The notes under the pieces: generated by a model
What the model saw: the letters and a program-made list of their open reading frames with translations, nothing else
What the model was told of the DNA's origin: nothing
Databases searched by the model: none
Made by a program: the position numbers and the translations under genes
Part shown: one piece after another, positions 36,704-50,152 of the stretch
Numbering within the stretch: position 1 is the first letter of the stretch
How the letters are laid out: the number at the start of each line of letters is the position of its first letter
Assembly: GCA_028534125.1 (NCBI GenBank)
Contig: JAPYYK010000045.1
Span: 310,001 to 374,000 of the forward strand
Source: Lama glama
Lineage: Eukaryota
Length of the DNA: 64,000 nt
Direction of reading: 5' to 3'

Positions 36704-39700
36704 ACGTGTCTCTGGCTTGGAGGGTGAGGACAGCCCGCCGCCCCCGCCTCCCCTCCAGCAAGAGAAGCGGTGTTTGCTGGAGGCCCTGGCTCTGGGCCCT
36801 CCAGGCGCCGCCTCTGCCCTGTCGGTGCCCCGCCCTCCAGCCCCCGCCAGGTCTGAGCACAGTTTCAGTGGACCCCAGTTGCGGTCCCTTGGGCTGGAGG
36901 GTCCGTCCTGTGTGAAGGATCCCCGCACCTGCTGCCAGCCCCTCGTCCACGTTGGATTTGGTCCAGATGTGCTGGGCCTCTGCCTGGGCCAGTAGCCCAG
37001 CCCTACGCTGTCCCCGTGGGCCCCCACGGGGACCCTGTCCAGGAGGCAGGAGGAGCCCCAGCGCTGGGACACGTCAGGCCGCCTTCGAGCCGCTTGGTAG
37101 ATCCCAAGGTGACAGTGACTCTGCACTGGGGTCCTCTCAGGAACTGACTTCTCTAGCTCCCCGCTGCTGCCGGTGGTGACACCCGGGTGGTCTTAACGCC
37201 CTCTCCCCAGGGCGCGGGGAGCCCTGGACCCTTTCTGTCCTTTCTCCATGATGCCCCAGCCCGCGTGCTGTGTGGTATAGACCTGGGTCAGGCCCCTGAT
37301 GCTGGCTCTTAGCCTTGGAGGCCCCTGGCCTCTCCCTGCGATGCAGCTGCCCTCTCATCTCACACGAGTTTCCTCATGAGAAAGTCTGCTCTCTGCACAC
37401 CCACTGCCCTGCCTCCCCTGACCTCCTCCTGCTCCGGCGGAGAAACCACGCCATTGCAGGAGGCGTGGAGGTGGGGGGCGTGGGGGACAGAGATGCACTG
37501 GGTGGAGGGAGGTCCGAGGCCACTGCACCCTCATGACAAGAAACGGAGGATGAGAGCCGCTGTGCTTGAGGGTGGCCATGACCTTGGTGACTCTGGGGCG
37601 GGATCTAGGGGAGAGGTGCTTGTCTTCTGAGACACCAGCGGGAGAAGTGACTTCACAACAGAGAGTTAAAAGGATGAGTCACTTTAAAACCCTCAGTGAG
37701 TCGCGGAGTCCTGGCGTGGGGAGGCCTGGGGTCCTGGGGAAGCCCTGCCCCTCGACCCCGGCCAGGTAGCCTCTGGTGGCTGTGCGCGTATTCCTCGAGA
37801 GCTGGGCCACTCTGGTAGTGGAAAGGGTTCCTCACGTGCATGGAGCCTTCCGTGGACTCGGCTGACTGTCCGGGGTTCCTCTAGCACGGCAGCCTCGTGG
37901 GCCTGGGCGGTTGCTGACCCGTGGTCTCCTTCCAGGGGACACCCCATCCTGTGAATCGTTGCCCACGTGTCTTTCACGCCTGTCCCGTCTCGCTGTTCTC
38001 TGAACAAAAATCCACCTTTTAAAATTAGTATTGGACAGACAGCTCCTTTAGTCCAGCCGAAGTTAAATTGCTAGTTCTTGGCGATGACCCAGCATTAGTA
38101 CGTAAGCACCTGCTCGTGGTGGGAGCTTTATTCCATGGTTGGTTTATCTTGAGTGTGCAGGTCATGTTAGGGTTGCTGGTGACATTCAGGGTGTAGTGGT
38201 CTGTTCTCAATACACGCTACCTCTGTCCGTTTTTTCTCTCTGGAAAATGAAATGTTCTCCCTGGCCCTCAGAGACATCATGTGCTCTTTAACTCAGAAGC
38301 TATAATCCAAGGTCCCAAACCCAGAGCAGGGAACACGTCTCCTCTGACAAAACCCGTTTTCCTAGAGTACCCACCCTCTTCCACGTCCAGCCGTTATCTA
38401 ACGGCAGTGACGGCCGGTGAGGCTTTGTGTTGTCTCGGGGACGCTGATGAGACTGAAGTTCGAACCTTGCACCACAAGCGTCTGCTCCGTCCTGGGTGTT
38501 GGGGCAGGACTGGTGTGCCTGCTGCCTCTTTCTCAGGAAAAGAAATCAACTTACTAGAAAGCACTTTGACCCTCTTGCGTAGACAGGCGAGGCGAGGGGC
38601 TGCAGGGAGCTCCCCGGCTCGGTCAGTGCCTTTCAGGAGTGTGGGCGGCTCCAGAGCCCGGCGGCATGTCCTGCATGCTCGCAGCCTTCTGTCACACAGG
38701 CCTTCCCCTCAGGACCGCTGGGCTCTGTGGCTGGAGCTCAGGACGGTGTAAACCCTCCCACGACCTCAGGAGCTCTCTCGTATGCAATTCACTTTGTTAG
38801 GTGGACTCTCAACTCCGTCTCTTCCAGAGGCTGCGGTCCCGTTTCTTCAAGCTGTGCTGCTGCAGGGGCGGTGGGCCTGGTGGCAGCCCACCTGGTCACC
38901 GCAGGTCTGGCTAGGGGCATCAGCATCGGGTGGAGGGTCCTCCTCGTTGGTTCGCTGCACCTGTGGGAGTGAGGACCGGCCATTCCCGAGCGTCTCTGGC
39001 CTGAGCTTCGGCTCCGTGTCTTCCAAGGCCACTTCTCCTTCCTTGGGGCTCCTGGGCACGAGGACCCCAGCCCCAGGCCCAGCCGATCGGGGCCCTGACT
39101 CCGCTGGGCAGTCTCGTCTGGACCCCAGAGCCTCCCACCCGCCTCCTCTTCCTGCCCATGGGCATGTGCTCTCCTAGGGCCTCCCAGGCCTCTCCCACAC
39201 CCACTCCTTGTCTGAGGCCAAGATGCACGTGTCTCGGCAGCCTCTGGTGGGGGAGGGCTCAGGTTTTTGTTGGGGGTCCTTTGATCCACTCCCCTGCCCT
39301 GATCGGACGTGTGCGTGTTAGCTCTGCTCAGGGAGGGAGGAGGCGTGGGCCCCACAGAGGCGCGTGGACTCCTATTCCTGCACCAGGGCCTTTACTGGAG
39401 CAGAACTGAGAGCAGCAGTTTGAGGAGCCGGGCACTCGATTCCGTCTCTGGATGTCGGACCCCCGTGCAGCCTCTCCCCGCCAAAACAGACACGAGAAGG
39501 GCCAGCATTTCAGCCAGGTCATGGGGCAGAGGGTCCCAGCTGCTGGCCTTTGTTGCAAGGTGGCCACGGGGCGGCACTGCAGTTACTCAGCTTTGCACCT
39601 TGAAAGGGAGGGTGTCAGCTGAGTCAAGAGGGGGCTCCTGGTCCCGCTGGTGTCCTTCCCTCCCTGACCCTGTTGTCAGTCACAGGAGGTCCTGGGCCCA

Positions 39701-41960
39701 GCTGCTTCTGCAGATCTTGGTCCCCATGCTGGTTTTTAAGTCAGGTTTCAGCACCTCAGAGGACGTGAGCCCCTGACCCAGTAAGTGAGGCAGTGTGGAG
39801 GGACCCAGCGATCAGAACGTCTGGGTTCCCTGGGCTCTAGCGCGTGGCCCGTCTGAAGTGAGGCTGGGATGGGCACCCCGCCCCTCTGTGCTTGAAACTC
39901 TGATTCGTTTATTCCTGGGAGATAACATTCTCAAATTCAGAAGTTTTGCTCTTTCTAAGTTTAAGAATTCTTGTTTTCTTCTCGACTCAAACTGAGAGCA
40001 CATCGGGTTGGAGGGTGGACTCGGTGCCGGGTCACCACTCTCCTCCCGAGGGCTGGGTGGGTGCAGGAGCGCAGAGGCCAGAGGAGGTGGACACGGGCAG
40101 GAACCAGTTTGTGGGGTGGGGAGAGCTGCTGCCTCGTGTCCTGCATGCCTCTCCTGGGCCGTGTCGAGTGTGGGCACGCGGCTCCGGGCGTCCAGGCTGC
40201 AGGCGGTGTTTCTCTACCCGGCCGGCTCAGTCTCAGGTCTGCCCTGAGCAGCAGGAGCACCTCCCCTGATGGAAGCCCCACCTGTGTCCTGCTGATCTGT
40301 CAGATCTGGACGTGGGCTGTCGGCAGCGGGAGCCGGCCTGCAGTGGAGACACCAGGGCCCTGAGTTCACACCTCCGAGCCCGCGCAACCGAGTTGCGTAG
40401 GTCAGCACCCAGCTCTGGATGGGTGGCAGCACCGGCGGCTCTGGAGGTAGGAAGAGGCCCAGTTGTGAGCGCTGGCAGACGAAGGTTGGGGCCTGGGGTG
40501 GGGGCTGCCTCATGGGTGACTTCGTCTGCTCCCCCGGGTGTCTCAGGAGCAGCAGGGCCTGTCAGTGACTGCTGTTGACCACGCACTGGTGAGACTGGAA
40601 AGTGGGTCCGCTTCACTGTGGCCCAGGAGCTGTGTCGGCATCGCTCTGTGAGGGCTGTGGTTGGTCGTCAGGTTGAAGCAGGTGCCCAGGAGCTGGAGGC
40701 AGACTCCGACCCCCAGGGCTGTTCCATTCTCACTTGGGGGCCACCCTGTTCCCAGCCCGTGTGCGCACACACGCTGGCTGTCCCGAGATTTCAGAGCACA
40801 GTTGGGCGTGTTCCTGATGGCCCGGTTCTGTCCACGCGTGTTCTGTTAACCCCTCTCTTTGCCCGCCCCCAGCCCCCTACCCCAGCCGGCTCCTCTCTGA
40901 GCTGCTTTGATTAGCCGGCTCTTCGTTTGGACTGTAAGTCTGTCCTGGCACTCCCAGTAAACCTTCCCTTGGGTAGCCCTGGAAGGTGACATCAGGGTGC
41001 TCGCACATCCCCTGAAATAAACACACCTTCACCCTCCCTGCTCCTTGTCTGCCCCCACGTGCTTCCTCCTCTCCTCACTTAGGAGGGGAGGCGTCCTCAC
41101 ATCAGCCTGGTTCCTGGAGGAGCACACACTGCTTTTCCAGGTCCAGAGCTCCCTGGCTGTGAGGCCTGGCCATGGTCCACTTGGCCCTCTTTCCAGTCAG
41201 AGACAGGCTGGGTCTCCTCGGGAGAGCAGCTCAACCCATCAGTGGGTCTGGGGAGGCAGCTCAGCCGGCACTGCCTCGCAGGAGCGGATGCGGGGAAGGC
41301 CTCCACGGGGGTGTGTGCGGGTCCTGGACGTGAGGCAGGCTGGGTGCCAGCTCCCCTGGACCCTGGGGGGTGGGCTGCAGGGGTGGGAGGGCCCCTTGGG
41401 CCCCTGGAAGGCTGAGGCTGCCCCTTGGCTGGCACCCAGGTCAAGGAGGGAGGGACTGTGCCCCCATCCCGTGGGGGAGACGCCTGTTGCCTGTTCTCTG
41501 GTTGACTCAGGCCGCAGCTTCCTGGTCCCTCCCCCCGCCCCCCCCATCACTTTGATCTGCGGGGAAGAGCTCTTGGGAGCTACCTGGGGGTCTCCATTCC
41601 CCGCTGCAGGGCAGCATTTGTCTCTGGCCATGTCGCCCCTCCCCCGGGCCTGCCGTCCTGCCTTGAAAGCACCAGATGGAGCTGCTTTAACTCGGCTCCG
41701 CTGTAAATACGCCTGGGCTGGGGCTGGGTGCTTAAGGAGGACCCAGACTCGCTTTGTGAGCTGAATGTACTTTTATGCAATTTTGAGTGGCCTTTCAACC
41801 CTGAGATGAATGATTTTGTTTTACTGGTTGTGATTATATAGTATTATTATTAAGTGTTCTGTGTTTGAAAGTTTGGGAATAATATTCACATCTGTATGAT
41901 GCCTGTAAACACAACAGTATTTATAAAGGAGTAAATTAAACCGTGTTTTAACTTTGTGAC
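36704..41960 (+). other. PPP1R12B: Predicted long 3'UTR of PPP1R12B
   Basis: Follows the stop codon, includes AU-rich islands (~38000-38260, 39900-39990, 41760-41960) and ends at a poly(A)-like signal; the end is inferred. Confidence 0.6.
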
Positions 41961-41975
41961 TGTGTCTCCAGTGTA
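41930..41975 (+). terminator. PPP1R12B: Putative PPP1R12B polyadenylation site
   Basis: Overlapping AGTAAA/ATTAAA (41930-41940), upstream TGTA motifs and a downstream GU/U-rich tract. Confidence 0.6.
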
Positions 41976-43099
41976 GGAAATGGGCTTTATAGCATCTCGC
42001 ACCTGGGCCAGGCTGTTCTAATTTTATGTCGTCATCCCTCGGTCCCAGGGGCTCAGAAGGACCGAGGCCCCACCTCCAATGACAGGCGCTGATGCTCGCA
42101 CGTGGCTGGGGCCCAGACCGTGGGCCCCTAGGCTCCCAGGGTGTCCGCCCTCTGTATGTGCAGAGTGGTCTGTCCGAGGCCACCACTCGGTTCCGGAGAG
42201 CCAGAACCACTCCATGGCTCCAAACTGTAAAAGCAGCTGAGAGGTCATCGGAGGTTAAGTCCAAACTCAGGGGAGGGCCAGACCTGGCCTCGCGCAGCTG
42301 GTCCCTCTCCAGCCCCAGCGTCCTCTGGTTTGCTCGCCCCCTCGCTGAGTCAGACTGCAGGCAGTCAGGGAGGGGGGACTCCTCCTCCCTGCGGACACTC
42401 AGCTGCTATGTCCCAAATCGTGGACAGAGAGTTCAGACTGCCCTGGCACGGGAGCAGGTCTGGCATGAGGGCTTCCAGCCAGCAACGTCGGTTGTCTGGG
42501 TCCCCACTGGACCTGGCAGTTGGCAGAGACTGGGCATCACCGAACGGCCATGAGGTCCAGCCCCTCCCGCTGTCCCCGAAAGTCTGCCCAGCCCTCGCAC
42601 CGAACAGACTCAACGCCCACCTCACCCGCCCCCGAGCCCAGCCTGACTGCCTTCACGCCCCGGGGTGTGGACCCAAGCGCGGGTGCTGCCTTCCACCCGC
42701 CGCAGAGACCAGGCTCTCACCCAGGAGACGGGCCCAGAGGTTGAGGTGAGACCCAGGTCGGTGAGGGGCGAGGGGGTCCTGCCCTGCTTCCTCTTTCCTT
42801 AAAAATCCTTGAGACCCTATCCTTGGCCCCAACACCTTTGCCTCGGAGGTCTTTGCGATGGAGGACTTCGCAGGAATTCTCACTGTTCAAACGCCCGTTC
42901 CCCGGGGCCAGCCACCTGAGTTCTTGGGACTTAGACTGTGGCTGGCCCCGAGCCCAGCTCTGCTGGAAGGAAATCCCCAGCCTCCCCGAAGACCTTCCTC
43001 CAGAAAGTGGCTGTGAGGGTCCCGTGTGCCCCCCACCCACCTGGGGAGAGCCGGTCTGGTCTCCTTGAGCCCAGCAGGAACAACCAGAGGCACCCCCAC

Positions 43100-43129
43100 C
43101 CCACACTCCTTTCAGCTCATTTCTTTAAT
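43100..43129 (-). terminator. SYT2: Putative SYT2 polyadenylation site
   Basis: ATTAAA on minus (plus-strand tttaat, 43124-43129) in an AT-rich island, with upstream TGTA and a downstream G/U-rich tract. Confidence 0.55.
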
Positions 43130-46100
43130 AAGGAGATGCAGCTCGTTACAAAATGACAATTTGACAAGAGATCAGACAAGAACAAGGGTCCATGTAAGGG
43201 GGGTGGGGGCATTGCCAAGCGGGAGCCAGAGGGTGGGCTACACACACGTCTTTCCAGTGACGACAAAAGCAGGGTCCTGGTGGGGCCGTGCAGTCCCAGG
43301 TGGCCTGGGGCCTGCCCACCGCGGTCTGGAGGTTTTCAGATCCCAGGATTTCAGAAGCAGCAAATCAAAACCTTGGAGGAGTCAGGGCAGTACGCTGAGC
43401 TCCTTAGACAAGGGTCCTGGGGTCCCAGCAGCTGAGGAGGGCTCTCGCCCAGCACAGCCACCTTGCTGGCCAGGCAGGCCCTCAGCTGCCTCCTCCATGT
43501 CTGTCTCCCCTGGGGGGTGTGGGGAGGGGAGGGTCCCAGGGCTGAGAAGGCATCGCCCTCCACACCCCAGCACAAGGGTCCTGGTGTGTAAAGCGTGGAG
43601 CCCACCTCCCAGCACTCCCCCTCCCCTCCCTCGTCCCATCAGGTGCCCGGCTTGGGGCTGCAGGCCGGGCGCACACGTCCCTCGGTTCAGCCCTCCGTCC
43701 CCCCACCTCCCTTCCTCCCTCAGGGGTCAGCTGGCTGGTGTTGGCCTGGGGAGCTAGCGGAGGGTCTGCAGGAGTCTCTCCTGAGTGTCCCTTGAAGCCA
43801 GACCGGCACCACCACCCTCAGAGGAGGCCCCCTCCAGGGGTCTCCCTGCCCGACAGCAGGAGGGAGCTCGTGGGGGAGCTTCGCCCACTGTGTTCCCCCC
43901 GAGGTCCTACCCACCGCTGTCCATGGCCCCCCACGCCACTGGGTTAAGCAAGCAGGGCTGAGTCTGTCAACCCAGGTGGTCCTGGGGGCCTGACCACAGA
44001 CCAAGCTGCTGACAGCTTCTGAGACTCCTGGTCGCCTCCTTGGGGCCCAACTGTGGAGCCCCCACCACTGCCTGTCCACCCAGTGGAGATGGATTTGGAC
44101 CATCAAACCCAGGTGAGGGCGCGGGGCTGCCAGGACGTCATGGAGCCCCACCAGAAGCCCTGGGCACCATCCGTCCTCATGGCACGACACGGGGCTGAAG
44201 GCAGGGGGGACGATGGCGAGCCCTTCGCAAGTGACCTGTGGGGAGCCAGTCAGGGACACGGGGGCTCCCGGAGGAAGTCTCCAGCAGGAGGCCCCTTTAT
44301 GGCTTTTCAGTTAATTCGAACAGTGGGCAGAAGGGGCCACCACACATACAGACAGGAGTGACGGGACCCGGACACCAGGCTGGATATGGGGCTGCAAGGG
44401 CCAGCTCTGCGGCTGGGGGCCGGCCAGCGGGGAGCCCGTGGCCCCCGAGCCTCTGACCAGGTCTGTTGGATGAAGCGGGGGAGGGGGTGGACGTCACATG
44501 GTGTGAACTTGAAGGCGCTGCCTCGGCTGTGCCCAGAGGGTGGGGGCAGAGCTCAGCATGGCCATGCGGCTGCGCAGACTCGGGGACATGCGTCTTGACT
44601 GCCAGGATCAGGGTGCGCGTTTACGGGCAGCTGTGTTCTTCGTATGTGACTAAACACGTGGGGCAGACGAGGCTCAGACGGCTTCAGAAGGTTCTTGTTT
44701 TGTCGTCACTTAAAAAATATATTCTTGTGTCTTCAAGCCACAGTGTCCCCTTCCCAATATTGCAGCTCGAGAAATGGGTGCCGTAAGATCTGGCGCCCAG
44801 TCCCTGCCCCCGGGGCTGGGGGCGGGCAGGGGCGGCAGGGGGCCAGGGCTGGAAGGCAGCGGGGGGCCAGCTAGGTCTGAGTTTCGGGAGGGGCAGCGTG
44901 TCCTGTGTGTCCTCTGGGACCGACTGACACTTCAGCATTCTTTGTTTACCCGAAACCCAAACTTAACTTGGTGCCCTGTACTGTCATTGCCACAGCTGGC
45001 AGCCATGTCACGGGGCTGTGTGCCACCACGACCCAGCCTGGGGACTCCACCAGCCTGAGGCAGGCAGCGGGTGGGAGGAGGGTCCGTGGTGGGGGAGGAG
45101 GGCAGTTCCTGGCTCTGCCTCTTCCTGCCTTTTTGGGGGGTGGGAGCGCCAGGGACCCCCCCTCTGTGAGGTTAATTCGAGGAGACTGAGGATTAACCCC
45201 AGACACTGAAAAGACAGGGACCCTCTGTCTCCCCGACCAGCTGTCTGCTCACCCAGCACCCCCACTGAGAGCAGGTTTATAGGGTGCTGGGTCGACCCAT
45301 GGGGTCCCCCCTCCCCCCCGCTGAAGCCCTGGACCAGCAAAATTGTCCCAGACTGATTCTGCAGAAGCACAAGATGCATATGGTTTCCTGGGAAGAAGAA
45401 GGCTGTTTCGGCCCTGCTGTCCCCCCTCCGCCAGCTGAGGGACCTCGGGGGCATTCCTCATCCACACCCGGCACCTGGCCACACGTCTGGGGCTGCCAAG
45501 GCTTCTTCCCCCAGACCTCAGCTCTGCAGCCGGCATCCGAAAACCTGCCCATGGCCCTGGCGATTAGCTCCCATTCTGAAATGATTGTTCAAGGAGAGAG
45601 CAGAAAACAGAGCTTTCTGGCCTCACCTCCAGATTCTGGGTGGGATGGGTCTCAGTCCCTTTGTGAAAAATCACCTCCGCTGTTTTCCTTTCTCTGGAAT
45701 AGACTTAGGACTGAAAACTGGCAGCCGGGGTGGGGGGGCCCCAGAACCGCCCCACCAGAAGCTTAGTCTGTCCGTCCCACTCGGGGCCTGCGCCCCAGCA
45801 CTTGGCCCCCAGCAGCACGCCTAATAGCAAGGAAGATGCCCTGGGGTTTGAGTGACCACCCTCAAGTGCAGAAAACTCACAAACCCTTGTGCTGGGACAG
45901 CTTGTCCAGGCCAAGTGCCCACCCAGGACCAGCCAGACCCCAGGGAGGACACCCCGATGCCCACTCAGCCTCTCAGCAACCTGTCCCCACCCCTCAGGCT
46001 GCTCACCAGAGGGGCCCAGGGCAAGCCACAGCCCTGTGCCTTGCCAGACACGGCCCCCCACCCGTAAGGAGCTCCTGTTCACTCCTTCCCGTCAGGAGGG

Positions 46101-47869
46101 AGGCAAGTCTCGGGCGGGGAGGGCGGAGGAGGTGTGCCTGGCAGAGAAGACCCCGGGGCACTAGAAGGTGCGTGGGGAGGGTCAGGTGAGAGTGATGGGG
46201 GCTGCCGCAGACACGGTCTGTGGGATACGGCGGGGGAGACCCTGAGAAAGCACCAAGTCCCACAGCTCTGGGGAGGGGGGGAGAGTCCAGTGACCCCTGG
46301 TGTCCAGGCCGGGACACTCTGCTTTGTGGTCACGCAGGTCCCGAGGGCTCCCTTTTGTCCCACGACTCTGGCCCCAAGGACCAGAGCTCACAGGCATCGT
46401 CCGCGTCCTAGTAAACACACACAGCCCAGTGAAAGCCGAGGGCCGCGGGCAGGAAGGAGCTGGGGTCCTGAGATGGGCCAGGCGGGGCCCTGCCTCCCAG
46501 CCTGTTCCTGGTGTGGAGGGGTTTCCTCACCAGCAACTCCAACCACGGAACGCGGCCAAGCGGAGACCCAGGCCCTTCTCCCTTCCTTCCAAGACACGGC
46601 ACCTTCCTCCTGCTGGCCCCGTCTCAGGAGCCGCGGGACCCGAGGTGGCCAGGACGGGGCAGGACAGGCCATGCTGCCGTTTTCTCTGGGAAAGGGGAGA
46701 CAGTCCGAGCTCTGGGAAAGCCACGGGTGTTCTGTGGTGCAGGGACGGCGAGGGCCTGGGGCTGAAGGGAGGCCAGGGTGGCCAAGTGGGGGCCGACGCT
46801 CTCACCCAGGCGGAAGTTTGGAAGGAGACTCAGTGCAAACTTGACTAACATATATATGGCTTTTATCAACGCTGGGGACCAAAGGGGAGGGCACACAAGT
46901 GACTGTGCGGCGTCCTCCACCACCATCTGGAAAGGACGCCGGCTCCTTGGGACTCACAGAGAAGCCCCCTAAGGAATGGCAGCCCCCCCGCAGCCCCCTC
47001 CCATAGGTGCGAGGGGGGAAGGGGGCTCTGTTCCATCCGCCCCGTCCTCCCCTTCTTACCTGGGCCTCGGGGGAACTAAGGAATTGAAACCTTCCCTTCA
47101 AGGTGCTCTGGCTCTGAACAGGTAGTGGGCCTTCAGATAGCACTGCTCCACTCAGAGGAAAAGGGAAAAGCGCAGGCGTGAGTGGGGGGTGAGTGCCAGC
47201 CTCCGTCTCCCGTGGCTTCATTCGCTGTTTCGGGGAAATGGGGCTTCTGCTTCTTCATGGTTTGATGTGAACTGTTGTCCCGGGACTGACAGGCCAGTCC
47301 AGCCAAGGGTTCAGTCCTCTTGTCCAGAAAGCCCCTGGCAGTGGGGGAGGGGAGGCCCGGCTGGCATCAGGGTTCGGCCGAGCTCTGGAAAACCTGGCTT
47401 CCCACACAGCCGCCTGGGGGCTGCAGGGGCCTCTCGCAGGAGGGCCGCCCTCTTGCACAGTGGATGCTCTTGGTTGGGGTCCCGCACGCCTCACCAGCCC
47501 AGCCCCCCTCCAGGAGAGCCGCCCACACGGGTCGTCGGCCACGGCGCTGCCTTCTGCCGGGAAACAGCAGGTGCTGCCATCTTGCTGGTCCAGGCGCTCG
47601 GGAAACAGGAGGAGCCTTGCGGGCCGAGGCCCGGGTGGAGCTGTGGGGCGAGGGCGTGCGGGCATGCAGCAAGGACAGGCCCGGGGGGCGATGAGAGCCA
47701 GGCTTCTCCTCCGCCTCTGCGGGGCCGCTCCTCACAGCCACCGGAGGGAGGGCGGTCTTTAAGAGGAGGGAGGACAGGGGCAGGGGCACAACTGGACAGT
47801 GGAGGAGGAGCCTCTGGGCTGCACAGCTGGGCCGAGCCGCGCAGCGCCCGCCTCGCGCCGGCCGCCGCC
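43105..47869 (-). other. SYT2: Predicted 3'UTR of SYT2
   Basis: Lies between the SYT2 stop codon and the candidate poly(A) signal. Confidence 0.55.
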
Positions 47870-48076
47870 CTACTTGTTCTTGCCCAGAAGCGCGTCCACC
47901 TCCTCCTCGGGCTTGAGCGAGTGCCACTGCGCGATGGGCCGGCGGGGGTTGGCCAGCATGTCGGACCAGTGCCGCAGCTCCGTGCCCGTGGCGCTGCTGC
48001 CCACGAAGATCTTGCCGATGGCCTCGTTCTTGCCCAGCTTGTCATAGTCCAGCACGGTGACCACGACCTGGACCTT
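47870..48076 (-). CDS. SYT2: Synaptotagmin-2 last coding exon (C2B end, [21 protein letters not shown]...[19 protein letters not shown])
   Basis: cag| acceptor, DYD Ca2+ ligands, WHxL motif, TAG stop. Confidence 0.98.
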   Translation of the reverse strand, partial: KVQVVVTVLDYDKLGKNEAIGKIFVGSSATGTELRHWSDMLANPRRPIAQWHSLKPEEEVDALLGKNK

Positions 48077-48987
48077 CTGCAGGGGACAGCAGGCATGGGC
48101 GGGGAGGCCGGCTCCCCTGACCAGCCTCTCCGGGGCCTGCCTCCAGCGCCGGCACGACCTCCGTTCCCACCCCTCTCACCGAGTGGCGCTCCAGCTCCAA
48201 GCTCCGAGCGCCTGGGAGGGGTCAGGCACTGCCTCCCAAGCTCCCAGCGCAAAGCGCTGAAGGCTGTGCTAGGGATGCCAGCGAGGGAACGCGGGGCCCA
48301 GGGTGGGGGGACCGTCCTGCCCCACCGGCAAGGCAGGCCTCAGGAGGGAGCGGTGTGAACCGGGAGGTGAAGGCAGAGGGAAGGCAGGAGAGAAGCCCAG
48401 GAGGGAAGCTGCGGGAGGGGCAGCGGGGACCTTGTAGAAGGGGACCCGGGTCTTGGTGGGAGAGTCGCTGCAGGAGGAAGGCCTGGAGGGGGGACCCCAG
48501 TCAGGGCTGTGGGGGTCTCAGCGGTGGACACTAAAGGTCTGGAGCTGGCCATGTGGTGGGGGTGGAAGTGGGGGCGTTTGGGGTGAACCAGTTGGAGGGG
48601 CTGGGTTGTCATGGTCCCCTGGGTCCCTGCACCCCAAAGCCCCTCACCCTGCATATTGCCCCTCCCGACCACAGCTCCTTGGGAGCAAGGACGGCGTCTT
48701 CTCATGTGCTTCTCCAGCACCAGCAAGACACTCAGAAGGTGTGTCAGGCAGATGGGGGAACAGGGTGAGGAGGGGTCTAAACTGGGCGGCTGGGGGCGGG
48801 GTCGTTCTGCGGGCTCTGGGCCTGTAACCGTGCGTCTCCGCTTCCGGCAGCAGGACCCTCCGGGCCCAGCGTTACGCTGCCCGTGCTCCATGAAGAGCCT
48901 CAAGGGTAGCGGTGGCAGGACCCGTCCCGGGGGAGCACCTCCCCAGCACGAGGGAGAGACCAGCCCCGGCCCCGCGGCGCCCCGCAC

Positions 48988-49121
48988 CTGGATCTGCTCG
49001 AAGGGGATCTCGAAGCTGAAGGACTCGTTGAAGTAGGGGTTCAGGGTCTTCTTCTTCACCGTCGTCTTCTTCTTCTTGAGCCTCTTGCCATTCTGCATGA
49101 GGTGGATCTTCACGTAGGGGT
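48988..49121 (-). CDS. SYT2: Synaptotagmin-2 exon (C2B polybasic region, [45 protein letters not shown])
   Basis: 134 nt, AG/GT boundaries, phase consistent with neighbours. Confidence 0.98.
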
Positions 49122-49244
49122 CTGCGGGGAGAGCACCGGTCAGAGCGGCCCTGCGCCCTGCCCCACGCACTCCCCCAGCAGGTGGGAGGGTGGGATCCGC
49201 GGCTCCAGCCGTGCCCCCGTCAGCAGCAGGGGCTCCACATGCAC

Positions 49245-49362
49245 CTGAGAGGCCGCCCACGTCCATCTTCTTCAGGTTCTTGGCCTCCAGGATGCAGACA
49301 GTGAGCTTCCCAGCCGTGGGCACGTAGCGCAGGGAGGTGCAGATGTCACCCAGCTTCTCTGG
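49245..49362 (-). CDS. SYT2: Synaptotagmin-2 exon ([39 protein letters not shown])
   Basis: 118 nt, AG/GT boundaries. Confidence 0.98.
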
Positions 49363-49829
49363 CTGTGGGTGGGTGCGGGTCATCTCAGCCGCCCCCACCC
49401 CGCCTCCAGCAGGGCTGACCCCATCCCGCTGAGACTGAGTCCCCTCTGATGTGAGGAAGGTCGGACCTCGAGCCTGGCCGAGGCCGCCCACCACACCCAC
49501 GTCCCGAGCAGGGTGTTGGCCCTTCCTCCAGGCAGCCTGGGCCCCCTCGGCGCCTGGTGCTGTGCACTCGGGGGCTATGCCGAGACAGACGGCCGGTGCT
49601 TGGCAGGGCGGCGGCTAAAATGGAATTTCTGGTGCACGGCAGGGGCTCAGTGATCTGGTGAAGGGGAGACGGGCCCCTGCGGGGACCCTCCAGAGCACGG
49701 GGGCTCCCTGTGGGGAGAAGGCTGACGTTTCCCGTCTACCTGAGCGCCTGGCCGCTGTCCGCGCTCACAGGTGGGCATCCTCGCTGCCCAGGGACAAGGG
49801 CCCCAGGCGGGGTGTGGAGCCGACCTCAC

Positions 49830-49997
49830 CTCTTCCTTCTCACCGCCCTGCAGGTCCCGCCACTCCTCGATGGGCTGCCCGAGGTCCACGGTGTTCATGG
49901 GCACTTTCACCTCCCCGATGATGTCGTGTTTGGAGAAGCGGTCAAAGTCGTAGATGGCCATCACCAGGGTCTTGCCCCCCAGCTCCTGGTACGGCAC
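49830..49997 (-). CDS. SYT2: Synaptotagmin-2 exon (C2A second half, [25 protein letters not shown]...GGEKEE)
   Basis: 168 nt, AG/GT boundaries, DFDRFSKHD Ca2+ loop. Confidence 0.98.
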
Positions 49998-50152
49998 CTG
50001 CAGGGCAGGGGCAGGGGCAGGTTCAGGGCACTGTGGGGGCTGCCGTGCGGACTCAGAGAGAAGCCCCCGGGCTCTGGGGGAGGCCATGGTCCCCGGCCGG
50101 ACTGGGCCAGGGCCTCAGCTGCCCTACAGGACAGGGGAAGGGCTGGGAGGAC

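Noticed and set aside
47189-48358. 389-aa plus-strand ORF antisense to the SYT2 last exon
   Set aside because: Non-ATG start, Gly/Pro/Arg/Ala low-information composition, and explained by high GC plus the antisense shadow of a coding exon.
48340-49500. 386-aa ORF as a single-exon C2 protein or retrocopy
   Set aside because: It is two SYT2 exons read through a 123-nt in-frame intron with proper GT/AG sites.
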